Source of the DNA: Vicugna vicugna
Taxonomy: Eukaryota
Direction of reading: 5' to 3'
Assembly (NCBI GenBank): GCA_013265495.1
Contig: MU058444.1
Span: 372,001 to 436,000, forward strand
DNA length: 64,000 nt
How positions within the stretch are numbered: position 1 is the stretch's first letter; each line of letters begins with the position of its first letter. The notes under the pieces are model-generated. The model was not told the origin of the DNA, ran no database searches, and saw only the letters and a program-made list of their open reading frames with translations. Shown here piece after piece: positions 23,205-36,055 of this stretch. Made by a program: the position numbers and the translations under genes.

Positions 23205-25855
23205 AATCTAAGTTAAAATGTGTTGATCAGGGTCCACCTGATGGTACAGAAGGCTAATTATGTTTGTAAAGTCAATGTGGCCACAGCGTTAACATCGGAA
23301 CGGCACGGCTAATTTTCATAGCGGTGCAAGTAGCAAAAAGTAAAAACCATATTGACCGTAAGACCGTGAACTTCTTAAACTCTTGAGAATGCATCGTTCT
23401 GGATGTCTGAAGTTGAGATTTATGCACTATTAATGCTATTAAAACTTGAAAGGTAGAAAAAAATAATCATTGTTGGGTTGAAAACTCCTAAAGTATACTA
23501 GAATTTCAAGGTCATAAAGAAATATATTGGATAAAATATAACCTTTCCTTAAAGAATTTAGGTCCTTTTGAATATTGACTGCGGACCTGTGTTCCAGGTG
23601 GTTGTCTGAACATGTAATGGCCCCTGATTGTTTTGCTTTTTGACTGTTTTGAAAAGCCATGTGTTATCGTTGAACTGACCAGAGGTTTTGAGTCAGAAAT
23701 GTCTGGTGAGAATTCTCATTCCACAGCTCCTCAATGTTGGACGATGGCTTTTGTTTAAGCTTTTCTGAGTCTCAGTAAACTCGCTTGTTGATGGGGGATA
23801 GTAATGTCCCGTTTGAAGGCTGTCATGAATAAGCATTAAAAACCATGATACAGGTGAAGTTCTTAGGCTGGCCTGTGATTTTCAAACTGCTTTTGGCCTG
23901 ACTGACTTAGAAAGTACATACCCAAAGTTTATTTATAGATAAAGAGAAACCTGAAGTGCATTTCAAAGTAAAAGGAAAACTCTGAAGCACTAACCATAAA
24001 GGCTTAGTGGTTCTAAAACATTTATGGAACCAGATAGAGAGTAAATAAAAACAGGGACCAAGAGTTGCTATGAATTAGTTTGAAATTGGACCCGGAGCCT
24101 CCTGGCAATCTCTTACAGGAAGTTTTGCAGATAAACATTGTGGACACGGGGCAAGTGAACAAACGTGAAAATGGTCTCTTTGTGTATAAACATTCCACTG
24201 CCTGGGAGGTCAGACATTCGGCCTGCCCGGCTCTCCCTGGAATACAGCTCTAAATCCAGAAGTGAGCGAAATCCTCTCCTTACAGGGAGTAACTAACACA
24301 AAATTCATGAACTTTACTCTGGAGAGGAGGAAGGGTAGCCTCTGATTAACTTCCAGAAGATGGGAGGAAAATTGGAGGCAGTTCAGAAAGCATGAGAACA
24401 TCCCAGCTGCACTGAGATGGTTCTCTGGGAGGAAGGGACGACAGTAAACAGAATTTGGGGCAATTGCCTGTCCTGGTGAATAGAGCTACGGATGTAACTC
24501 AAACACGTCTCAGATGTAGGAATTCTGATAACACTGCGTAATCCAAAAATGGTTAACTTATATTCAGTATTTCTATCTGAAAGAGCTGGAAAATATATGT
24601 CTTTGAAAGTTTCCAATGGAAATTATTTTCATTAGACACTTCGGCTGTTTTTGTGGATAAACTTCTCAAAAAACGTCAACTCCTGGGCATTGCATTCCTT
24701 GCTAATATCAGTGTAATACAAGATGACTGGCTAGGCTGCTGAATATAATTTAAATTGTATTTCTGCGGCATTCATTAAGTTCTGAAAATTATTAAATTGA
24801 TTTATGAGAGGTTAGAACGTTTGTAAAAATATGGTGTCTAAAAGGAGAAAATATTTTGCCATTCAGATATTGAAATATGTATATATATAATTTTATTGAG
24901 TTATAATATGCATCTTGTTTAATTCTAATGTGTACGTCTCGTAAAGATCTTTATCATGAACAATGTTATGGTATTATCGCACAAATAATGTGCATGGTTA
25001 GCTTTACTTGAAAAAAATAAAGATCTACAGCAAATATGGAAGAAAGTCAACAGTTGGCAGATTTTTAAAAACTCATCAGTTCATTCTACCCAAAGAACTA
25101 GACAGAAACAAAATAAGACTCTTTACCATATATTCAGTATGAATCTGTCCTGCCAGGGTGAGTGAATTGGTACCTTTGGCTTTTTATGTCCTGAATTTTG
25201 TTGCTCTTTGGTGATTAAAAATACAGATTCCCCGGGTGTGACAATTTAAAGTTCCTCTTTGACATCCTTTCATCAGCAGATAATCAGAAAAAAGTGTGAT
25301 ACTCAAACCCTTCAAAATGTCCTAAATTTACCAACGCCAATCTAAATTTCCGTTGCTATTGTCCCAATTTTTCAAAAATGGAAAAGAAAAAAATCATTTA
25401 TCATAGACTTAGAAGGTCATTTCCACCCCTTAAAAAAACCCAGCATATTGGTTTTGAATATTTTAAGCATCCCTGATTCTGCAAAATCAGATTACACAGA
25501 AGGTAATTTGTGGGGAGTAGAGGGAGGAAGGAAACAATTTTGTAACAATAGAGCTCAGTTTGGTTGGTTCCACAATAACTGGTGTTGAGGCTGAATGGAT
25601 CTTTTGTTTTTTGCTGGTAAGTCCTGAATAACCATTGTATCATGTTTTCTGAAATATGTTCTTTGAAACTCTTGATTTTCCAATCTGCTCTGTGAGAAGA
25701 GGTTCTGGTCTCTGCTCAAGAACATTCATGAAGTGCTGTGTGGGGAATGCACTGTTCAGTGTATTTCTCCTTGGAGACGCAGTGTTATTTTAACATGCTG
25801 AAGGGTATGGGGCCCTTTAGAGATTAATACTCTAGTGTTTCTTAAACTCTCTACG

Positions 25856-26052
25856 AACAGCACTCCAGCCACAGTGAAAATAATCTTCACATAGCACATC
25901 AAAAGCATCAGCGGTATAGACTTTTTGCTCAGCTATGTCAACACCTACTGAGTCCCTGTTCCCAGTGACCCTAGTTAGATACAGCTAGGAAAAGAAATAC
26001 AGATGCTGGTTTGAAACCTGGAGAGCTTGCTGGATGAAATTTGAAATTGGCC
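25856..26052 (+). repeat. Left arm of a long inverted repeat
   Basis: Hand alignment to the reverse complement of 26871-27057: 15 mismatches in ~180 aligned nt plus a 16-nt and a 6-nt indel. Confidence 0.95.
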
Positions 26053-26079
26053 ACCTCCTTAAGAGGAAGACGTTGGTTC

Positions 26080-26659
26080 TTTTTTAATTAAAAAAAATTG
26101 AAGTATAGTCGGTTTACAGTGTTGTGTTAATTTCTGGTGTACAGGATTGTGATTCAGTTATACATTATATATATATATTCCTTTTCATATTCTTTTTCAT
26201 TATAGGCTATCACAAGGCACTGAATATAGTTCCCTGTGCTGTACAGTAGGACCTTGTCATTTATCTCTTTTATATATAATACTGTATATCTGCAAATCCC
26301 AAATTCCCAGTTTATCCCTTCACCCCCCCACCCTCCAGTAACCATAAGTTTGTTTTCTATGACTGTGAGTCTCTTTCTGTTTTGCAAATAAGTTCATTTA
26401 TGTCATTTATTTTTTTTTTTTAGATTCCACATATAGTATCACATAGTATTTTCCTTTCTATTTCTGGCTCACTTCATTTATTATGACAATCTCTAGGTCC
26501 AACCATGTTACTGCAAATGGCATTATTGTATTCTTGTTTGTGGCTGAGTAGTATTCCTGTAAATATACCACATCGTCTTTATCCATTCGTCTGTTGACGT
26601 TCACTTTCGTTGCTTCAGTGTCTAGGCTATTGTGAATAGGTCTGCTATGAACACTGGGG
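26080..26659 (-). mobile_element. 5'-truncated L1 3' end inside the inverted-repeat spacer
   Basis: T tail, L1 3'UTR, ORF2 end (IMPFAVTWLDLEIVIINEVSQK); degenerate TSD gaggaagacgttggtt (26063-26078) / gaagaaggtgttgtt (26661-26675). Confidence 0.93.
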
Positions 26660-26675
26660 AGAAGAAGGTGTTGTT

Positions 26676-26919
26676 GAGACCAACTGGGTGATATACATGA
26701 CTGAAAAAGATAAACTTTTAAGATTCTGGTAGGCAGGTGAGGAAGTCCGTTTCTTTTGCAGACGCCCAAGACAAGCCTCATATGTAAGTTCTCTTGCTTA
26801 TTAAAGCTGCCACCCCCCAATCTAGAGTGTCTACCTCTTCTTCAGTCTCTCCTTGCCCTCTGTGTATGGGGGCCAATTTCAGATTTCACCCTGCAAGCTC
26901 TCAAGGTTTCAAACCAGCA
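26676..26919 (+). mobile_element. Probable 3' half of an ERV LTR
   Basis: LTR R/U5-like text: gtaagttctcttgcttATTAAAgctgcc...ctcttcttcagtctctcc...aaaccagCA; no 5' half found. Confidence 0.45.
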
Positions 26920-27057
26920 TCTAAATGCCTATTTCTTTTTCTAGCTGTATCTAACTAGGGTCACTGTGGACAGGGACTCAGTAGCTGCTGACATAGCTGA
27001 GCTGATGCTTTCGATGTGCTCTCTGGAGACTATTTTCACTGTGGCTGGAGTACTGTT
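26871..27057 (-). repeat. Right arm of the long inverted repeat
   Basis: Reverse complement of 25856-26052 (e.g. cagtgaccctagttagatacagctag vs ctagctgtatctaactagggtcactg). Confidence 0.95.
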
Positions 27058-30000
27058 TCTGATCTATACATAATTCCTGACAAGACGGCATCCATCATGT
27101 AATAAAATAAATGGTAAATTTAGGATTGTAAATCTCTGGAGGCAAGGTACTGAATCTATCTCTCTTTACATTATGATCGATTGCCCTAGATCCTTCAGAA
27201 ACTAACTTTGGTGATGACCAAAATGAAAGAAAATGAAAACAAATGAACGATATTGCCCTTTATTTTTTACATTTGATTCTTTATTATGGAAACCTCTTCC
27301 CTTTTCTCTGCCACTTGTAAGTGTGGACCAGTGGCTTTTGCTATGTTCTGAATTTTACCAGTGAAGTTGCCTTAGATACCCATTTTGTCTGATCATTTTG
27401 ATGGTAGAGGATTTGAGTTAATTTGTCCCCCAACCTTAACTCCCCTCTGCTTCTGGCTCTGTCGTTTTTATGGGTGGCACCACCGTGGAGAATGGTAGGC
27501 ATTTGGGCTTCTCTGAGAATGATGCTGGCCTCTCTGGCATGCCTGTGGTGCCTACTGTGCATTCTACACCCCTGTTTGGCACCTCTCCCAGCGTGGCCCA
27601 ATCGTCATCAGTTTATTTTGAATTTATTATTCCCTTTTCTCCAGAGAGGGCCAAAGCTCTGTAATAAATTGACATCCAACATACTCTGTGGAAACAATTA
27701 TTTTCAAAAAACAGATGGGTGGTAACGAACACGATTTTATGGTAAGTGCCTTAATAAACATCCCTCAACTGGAAGGCCAATGGAGGGAACACAGAACCAG
27801 GATTCTCTGAATTTCTGAGCTCGGGGTCACTTCTGAATTTTTTGGAAGAGCAATTAAGATGTTCCCATTTCTTAGGGGGATAAAAACTCGTAAGTCAATA
27901 AAGGGGCTATAGGATTGATCAGTCTGCACCAGGTATTAGAGAGTTACTTGATTCAGATATGTTCTCCAAGGAACTCAAACATCCCTCAAGCATTAGGAGT
28001 AACAAGAAGATTCTGGTTTTATCCCAAGTGAAGATGTATAGTCGCAAAGAGTAACCATGAATCCTGATCATTTGGAAGCTCAAAGTGAAAAAGCTCAACA
28101 ATTGTTCTTAGATCTCTATTGTGTAAGAAATAATCCCACACTAACCTCTCTCTGGCCTTCTCTCTATGGAACCAGTAACAACTCGTTAAAAATACCTGAA
28201 GCATCTGTAGCATGAAATAAAAGACAAAGGTGGGGGAGACGAGGTACCATGATGGTGGTGGGTGGTCGGGGTCAGTGGGAAATTACCAAGTGGTGGGAAC
28301 TGAGTCTTAATGGGCATCATTGCAGAATGAGGTGAGACCGAGAAAATGATGAGTTAGGGCAGGTGAGTGCACGCAGGGGTTCTGAGGACCATCCTAACAC
28401 ATGTGTGGAAGTCAAAACATAATCTGTGCCTTCCAGGTGTGTGGGGATGTGGTGTGTGTCCATGTGTGTGCGGTGACGAGGACTTCTTATGCCAAAGAAG
28501 GGGTCTTTTCCCTCTTCCTAGGAGCCATCTGGTGTGGTGAAAAGCATGTTGTGTCTGAGTCTAGGGGACCAGTATTGGTGTTAAAGTGGTGTTTGTGTGA
28601 CTTTTGACAAATCACTTAACCTTTGGTGTCCTGAGCTGCAACGTGAGAGGTTGTGTTGGATTTGCCAAGATTGCTATGCTCTCTAAAACTGTCTAAGTCT
28701 ATTGAAAGTACCCTTTGGTTGAGTCCTTAGTAAATCTTTCCCATTCCAAGCAATGCCTGTTTATACATTGAAATCGTTTATGTTTTTATGTCATCACTGG
28801 CCAAATGTGAAATAGAAATCCTTGTTATTAGGTTGAAACTTCTTTGCAATATAGAAAGTCCACAGTTCAGTACTCATGAACTGAATTAATTGCATGTATT
28901 TGCTACATTTTCACTGAGAAATGACAAAGATTTGAGAACTGGATCATGGGGGAAAATTACGGGATAGATGAGGAAAGTAGCACGTAAGTGCCTCAGTGTT
29001 GATACTGAGATACTGTCAAAACAAGGCATTCTGTTTTCTTACAATATTACATAAAGTGGATGCGATATTACATAAAGGAATGATGACTTAGAAAATATGA
29101 GACTGGGTTTTCAGTGTTATTTCTAGGCTGTTTTGTTTGGCACGCATTCGTTCCCTTTTGATGTTCTTGCCGCTCCCTGCAATGAGCCTGACACAGATAT
29201 CTTGGTCCCTCTGCAACTCTAATTTTAGTCCCTTTGCATCACCGAAGGTTGAGGAAAAAGTGGACTGCACACGAGTGACAAAACCCTAGCCACCATTTCC
29301 ATTTTTCTTTCTCCTTTCCGAAAAATGAGGGCCGTGGCTGTTAGAACCCAGGGAGGGGAGGTGAAGAGGAAGGTGAAACTGACAAGGATCCAGATTTCTA
29401 CTCTATGGTTCAAATGAAGTTCTTGAAGCCATCCAGTCCTTTGGAAACCACTGCTAATTAAAGCAGTGTCTGCCGGTCATGTAAGTCTTGGATGCACTGT
29501 TTGAGTGGATCTTTTGATACAGCTCTGTGTGATGGCAGGTGACGGAAGAGAGCAGGCTGTAACTGAGCTGTGATTTCACGGTGACATTTATAACACTCTG
29601 TACGTGCGGTGAAATATTTTCTAGGTTCTCACTGAGGGAATTACAATGACTTCCCAAGTGCGGCTCCCCTCAGGGAATGACAAACAGACTGCTGTATTCA
29701 TGATGTGATTATGATGTGCCTGATCGTCACAAGAATAAGATGAGTTTTTAAAATGGTGAGAGGGTATCTGTGGTTTAACTGCTGGTTTTTCTCTTTTACT
29801 TATAACTTATTTTTTTTTTTCTCAAGGGCCCTTTCGTCAATTTGCTTCTCCGTTAGTGGGTGTTTCCCTGCATGGGGGGCTTCTCGGGGAAGATGTCACC
29901 CCACCTTGTTCTCCAAAAATCAGCCTTGTGGCTGCCAGGAGGTAGCCATTCAGAGACCACTTCATGCTCTTAAATCCTAACTGGATGACACTCATTTTAG

Positions 30001-30619
30001 GAACAGATGAGAGAGCTTGTAGGATCGCTTTCCCAAACCTATTAGAATTTCCTAGGATATCATGTCATTGTGGGGTACTGATTAGCATGGATGAATAAGC
30101 TTATCCCAGAGAGTGGGGAGTTCTTTTAGAATGTGCAATGCAAATATGGGAAAGAAAATGGTTTAATTCCTGTTTTGTCTTTCTGGTCGAGCTCAGCTTT
30201 CATTTTGGGAATTCCTGTATGTTTTGTTGTTCAGTCTGCTGCTCATTTATTCATCGTTCATTCATTCACCCAGCCTCGGAATCCTCTGGGTATAGTTTGC
30301 AGACCTCCTGACTGTCCGTGCTCCTTTGCATGGCGTGTGGAGGGAGAAAGAGGCATTGGTCTTAGAGACCGCCAGTGAATTCTCTACTTTGCAATCCCAC
30401 AACAGCCTGGCCCTGGTGGGATCTTCCTTCCTTGATTCTGGCACCTCCAGGGTCTGTAAAGACATTTCTTAGGGTCTCTTCCTGGTTTGTTCCCTGCAGA
30501 GGGACCACGTGATTTCAAGCCAGCAGCAATGCTTCGGAAGTGAGCCTTCATCAAAACTCTTAAGTTTGAGTTCTGTCTGTCCCTGAAGGGTGACAAAATT
30601 TCAAAAGTAAGAGGCTTTA

Positions 30620-30960
30620 GATTCCACATATGAGCAAAAAACAAAAACAAAAACAAACAAACAAAAAGCGTAAATACAGGACAGAAATAGACTCATGGAC
30701 AGAGAATACAGACTTGTGGTTACCAGGGGGGTAGAGGGTGGGAAGGGATAGACTGGGATTTCAAAACTGTAGAATAGATAAACAAGATTACACTGTATAG
30801 CACAGGGAAATATACACAAAATGTTATGATAACTCACAGAGAAAAAAATGTGACAATGAGTGTGTATATGTCCATGAATGACTGAAAAATTGTGCTGAAC
30901 ACTGGAATTTGACACAACATTGTAAAATGATTATAAATCAATAAAAAATGTTAAAAAAAA
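30620..30960 (+). mobile_element. L1 3' end with a 15-nt 5' inversion
   Basis: Perfect TSD aagaggcttta (30609-30619, 30961-30971), AATAAA and poly-A; gattccacatatgag (30620-30634) is the reverse complement of the L1 ctcatatgtggaatc motif. Confidence 0.92.
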
Positions 30961-32294
30961 AAGAGGCTTTAAAACATAGCGCCCATTCTGAAAGCCATTA
31001 TAGCCTTGTCTCAGTGGAGAATAATTATATTGCCTCAATGCAAGAATGATGTAGTGATAGGAATAAATGGCCAAATTGTGAGGTGCAAAAAATTGGGACC
31101 ACATCTAATGTATCCCTCGTACAAGAAATACGAAATATACCACTAACCGCTAGACTTATCAAGGCAGCATATTTGTAAGACAGCAAAAAGCACCGGTAAA
31201 TAGAAAGTTAGGAAGACATCCGACTGCGTACGTGTGTGTAGAATTTTTAAAAGAAGAACACAAATATGGTTAACAGTGCTGTTTGGTTGAAAAAAGTTTT
31301 AAATCAGAAACTAGCCTGTTCAGGAGATTAACGTCCCTTACTTTCATCTGGCATTTTTCTTCCCTGCTCATGATGTATTTTCCTGGGAAAGTAACCCTGC
31401 CAATGGTTCATTTATTTTTTTATGTAAGAATTTCTCTAGAAAATATGTTGTTTCATTCTACAGGTAGGACTCAACTTGGTACAACATTGATGGAGCATAA
31501 TTATTGAGACCTTAGACGCCTCCACACCTGCTGGCCAGATACTTTTACTCTACAAAGTTTCTAAAACAAGGAAATATACAAATATTAGTTATACTTATGT
31601 GTCTTACAGTACTGTTTGTAAAAGTAAGAATAATGGACCCAGCAGGGAGATTAGTTACTAATCTATGATAATATTATGCAAGGACATTTAGAGACAGTGG
31701 TCTAGTGGACAGTATACTCCATTTTTTTTTTCCTGCAAAAATACAGATGTTATTCAAAGTGAAACGATTCTTTCATGGCCCCTCCACGTGGGAAGAACAT
31801 GGAAATTAGTGAACATGGCAATTTGTGCAGCAAATCAATAAAGTCTTTTTTTTCTCTATTTTAATTTTTTTATTCACATGACTAAAATAAAGAACAGTGA
31901 CCATTTTAATCCAACTTTTGCTGTACAATATAAAAACATAACCAGAACTTAAACAGTTTCTTTTGTACATTTTTCGGTAAACTTAACGCCAGAAAAATTC
32001 TCAAAGTCAAAAGATAAGTGATGCTTGTACACTACGATGTGAACAATAATACCATGGGCTGAATTGTATTTTTCAGTTTTACTGATATATCATATAGCTC
32101 AGAGTGATTTTTTTTTCATAATAAACATATTTCTTTGATCTTGCTGAACCGAGGAGATGGTATCAGGAGAATGCAGAGTAAGCTCATATTTGCTGCTCCA
32201 GTCTTCATCTGAGAGTGGATTTATAGACATCTTGAGAGCTTTCATCTTTTAGCAAGCATCTCAAGGTCAGGAACTTGATTTTTCCGACACCAAG

Positions 32295-32945
32295 GGTTGC
32301 GTCCGATGCGTGGCTGGTGGTTCCCAGTAAAGCGCAGCTCAACCGCACAGGCGCGACTTTGACCCGTGTCCGCGCGCGGTGCGCCTTATCTGACTTGACA
32401 AGCAGCAGGGATCCCAGACTCAGCCTACACTGAATTCACGTTCAGATTTAGCTACATCTGAGAGCTGGTAGTTTGGCACTTTCAAAGGACTGTTTTTAAG
32501 AGACCCTGAAGAGCTTTGCAGGGAGAGACTCACCCCCAAATCCGGAGGGAAAACTGATGAGAGCCTTTTGGTTTTGTTTATAGAAAATGAGGGTCCCTGA
32601 GTGTGGCGGGCTGCTTCCCTTTCAGGTGGGGCCCCCAACTGGACTTCAGCAGGGAGTAAAAGTGGAGATAGAAAAGAGTTGTCTTCCGGGAAATCTCCGA
32701 GCAGCGTGGAAAGCGCTGAATGCATGAAGCACTGAATGAGGTGCGCGTGGTGCGGGCGGCTCCCGCAGAGGCGTTAGCATCCTCAGCGCGGAGCCCTGGA
32801 GACCGCGGTGTGGCCATCGGCAGGCGGCGATGGCACTGGTGGCAGAATTGCAGATTTTGGCATTGACAGTAGCATCATCAGAGTATGACGTGACAGTAGG
32901 TCAGCACGTGGCAGAAGGAACTCTGCAGACTCCACGTGTTAGTTA
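32295..32945. promoter_or_regulatory. Intronic CpG-rich element (candidate enhancer or alternative promoter)
   Basis: Two CpG-dense blocks (32295-32395, 32685-32830), GATA CTTATCT ~32385, two CACGTG at 32905 and 32933. Confidence 0.5.
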
Positions 32946-32997
32946 AAGCGCTAGTTCATGGAGCCACGGAAGGTTACAGAGGCAGGGGCCTTTGAAA

Positions 32998-33807
32998 TTT
33001 TTTATTGAAGTGTAGTTGATTTACAATGTTAGTTTCAGGTGTACAGCAAAGGGATTCAGTGATACATATGTGTGTATATATATATATATTTTTTTTTCAG
33101 ATTCTTTTCCATTATAGCTTATTACATGAAATTGAATATACTTCCCTGTGGTATACAGTAGGTCCTTGTTGTTTACCTATTTTATATATATTAGTGAGTA
33201 TATATTAATCCCAAACTCTTAATTTATCCCTCCCCTCCCGTTTTCCCCTTTCACAACCACAGTTTGTTTTTCTATGTCCATGGGCCTATTTCTGGATTGT
33301 AAGTAACATTTGTATCAATTTTTTTAGATTCCACATATAAGTGATATATGATATTCTTTCTCTGACATACTTCATTTAATATGATAATCTCTAGGTCCAT
33401 CCATGTTGCTGCAAATGGCATTATTTCATACTTTTTTATGGCTGAGTAGTATTCTATTGTATAAATATAACACATCTTTATCCATTCAACTATTGATGGA
33501 CATTTAGGTTGCTTCCATATCTTGGGTATTGTAAATAGTGCTGCTATGAACATTGGGGTGTGTATATCTTTTTGGGTTAGTTTCCTCCAGGAGTGGGATT
33601 GTTGGATCATAGGGTAACTATTTTTAGTTTTTTAAGGAATCTCCATACTGTTTTCCATAATGGCTGCACCAAATTACATTCCCACCAACAGTGTAGAAGG
33701 GTCCCCAGCATTTGTTGTTTGTGGACTTTTTAATCATGGCCGTTCTGAGTGGTGTGAGGTAGTACCTCATTGTAGTTTTGACATGCATTTCTCTAATAGT
33801 TAGCAAT
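32998..33807 (-). mobile_element. 5'-truncated L1
   Basis: Minus-strand ORF2 C-terminal peptides (TPMFIAALFTIPKIWKQPKCPS; KTTMRYYLTP) and 3'UTR. Confidence 0.95.
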
Positions 33808-35716
33808 ATAAAATAATTTATTTTTATTCAATTTATTTAATAGGCTGTCCTTTTTGGGGGGAGATTTCATTCTTCCTCATTTTTTTTTGTTTTAAAATTT
33901 TATTTCTATTTATAAAATAATGATGAATCTTTAAAAAAGCAATTACTGATCCACAGATTCCCAAAGTCTGGAAAGCCACTCTTTCTGACATTTTGGTCTC
34001 TGCTTTCAGATGTCCTTAGAAAGGTCTACTGGATTTTGTTTTGTTTTGTTTTGTTTTGGCACTGCCAAACTGCAACTTTCTAGCATATGCCATATCTCAT
34101 TTTCTTTTGGGCTCTTTTAGAATCCTAATTTTCTTACTCAGCAAACAAATCAATCTTTGCTATGTATAAACACTCAACTTTTTGGTCCTGTTTTATCATT
34201 CTTGTCACATATATAAGAAGGTACATTTACTTTTCACATTAGGAAATTAGAATCAAAAGCAACAAATGTTTTGAGCACATATTGTGAGATAGACGTGGTC
34301 CTTGGGATTTTTACATGCATGGTTTCATTTTTTTAACTCCTCATAGACTTGCTTTGTGTTCCCTAAGCATCTGAGATTTCTTATGGATTTTCTCTTATGG
34401 AACTGGACGTGGTGTGGAGGGTAACAGAGAAATTATAATATATCAGGTGTTCAGAATGTTCTTTTGGAGAAGTTTTTATTAATGAAACCTATGATTAAAT
34501 TTAAGATGGGTGTTTTATCAGAACTATACTCAGAGGGAATGTCAGAAAGTCCACAGTCCTGTCAGATAAGTTAATAGAAACAGAGTTACTTTTGAAAAGT
34601 TTATCTCTAGGGGGAGTGGAAGAGGCATATTAATCAGAAAAATCCATAAAGCCAATTTAAATAATTTTAAAAGATTGACATGCTTTAGGTCTTTGAACAA
34701 GAAAAGTTTCAATAGTAAGGAGGATGAGCAAAATTGAACGAGATCTTTGGAAGTTGGTGTTTCTAAAATTCTTGATCGTGTTATGTAAAAAGTCGAAGTG
34801 GTTCAAGTTTGACTTTCATCTTAGTTTCCTGGGTAATTTGTTAGGGAAAGTGGTACTGTGTGATGACATTTTATGAACTTTAAATCATTCTCCTCTGAAA
34901 GTCATGCTGGGAGCTGCCATTTAAAAACAAACAGGCACACATAAAATAACTCAAGAGGAATAAATAGGTTGGATTTTAAATGGGTGAATGTTACTGAAGT
35001 GTGTTAATGGCCAGGACAGATCTTAAAGCCAGAGCCCACCTGCCCTTCAGCATGGAAAGTCCTTGGCATGGCTGCCCTTGGGAGCCAGTGTGTCTCTCAG
35101 GTTTAAAGACAGAAAGAAATGACTGTTGGTGATGAAAACACAAGTGAGAAAATTCTCTTTGGTGTGGTGCTGACCTGTGAACGTGGTTTCAAATGAGCGA
35201 ATGGATGCTGGTCCCACGTATGAAACTGCATGGTGTTGGTTTACTCAGGGACCCAAACAGGCAAATTAGGAAAACGAAAAGCATTGTATTTTAATGCTGT
35301 TTTTAAATTTCCCAATCTATTTTGATATATATATATTTTATAGTCACCATGCTGTAATACGTTACATCCCCAGAACTTACTAATCTTGTAACTGGAAGTT
35401 TGTACTTTTGGACTTAATTACTTGTTTCCCCAGCCCCACCCTATAACATGAACTATAAAATGAAGTTGAAACAAATAGAGTAATGTTATCAATAGTGTAT
35501 GTTCTGTGTGAACTGGTCAGCCATGCTGAAATGTTAACCATCTTTAGCCCAAAACCCAGTAACAGCCACAGAGCCCTTCCCTTTAGGATGGCTAGGGCAT
35601 TTAACAATAAGAGTGCGGGCTCAGTGGACGGTGGCAATGACAATGCGAAGACTTGAAAGTGGATTTCACAACACAGACACTTGTTAGCACGTTCTATTTT
35701 TGTGCTGAATGTGATA

Positions 35717-36051
35717 AGTTAAAAGATAAACTGGTGCATATTAAAAGTGTCAAAGATTTTATTTGGGCAAAAATCAGTTAAATTGGGCCGTGGCTAACCG
35801 GAAGTGGTTGGAAGCACTGCACAGACAGCAGCTGGGAGAGGCTTATAACAGAGAAGAGGCGGAGCAAAGCAAGGAAAGGATTTGATTGGCTGTCTGAAGC
35901 GGCTGCCTTACTTGGGAAAGTCTCATTGGCTGTTAGTGATTGGGTGTCCTTAACGTTCAGTTTCTTCACCTTGAGGCATTTCAGCCTTAGGGTTTGGTTT
36001 GTTTACAGCAGACACTCAGTCTAATGGCCTCCTTGTTTCATTAATTTAATA
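35717..36051 (-). mobile_element. ERV1-type solo LTR
   Basis: Minus-strand order: start (t[a/g]ttaaattaatgaaacaaggaggccattagactgag), three CCAAT boxes, TATAA, AATAAA. Both terminal dinucleotides appear mutated; no TSD found. Confidence 0.7.
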
Positions 36052-36055
36052 AGCA

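Noticed and set aside
27423..27747. ORF ending ...CGNNYFQKTDGW; CGNNYFQ echoes what I recall of an alternative MLIP first exon
   Set aside because: Flanking residues do not match that recollection (MTSCILSGS expected next), a stop follows, and the recall itself is uncertain; treated as coincidence. TBLASTN with MLIP isoform N-termini would settle it.
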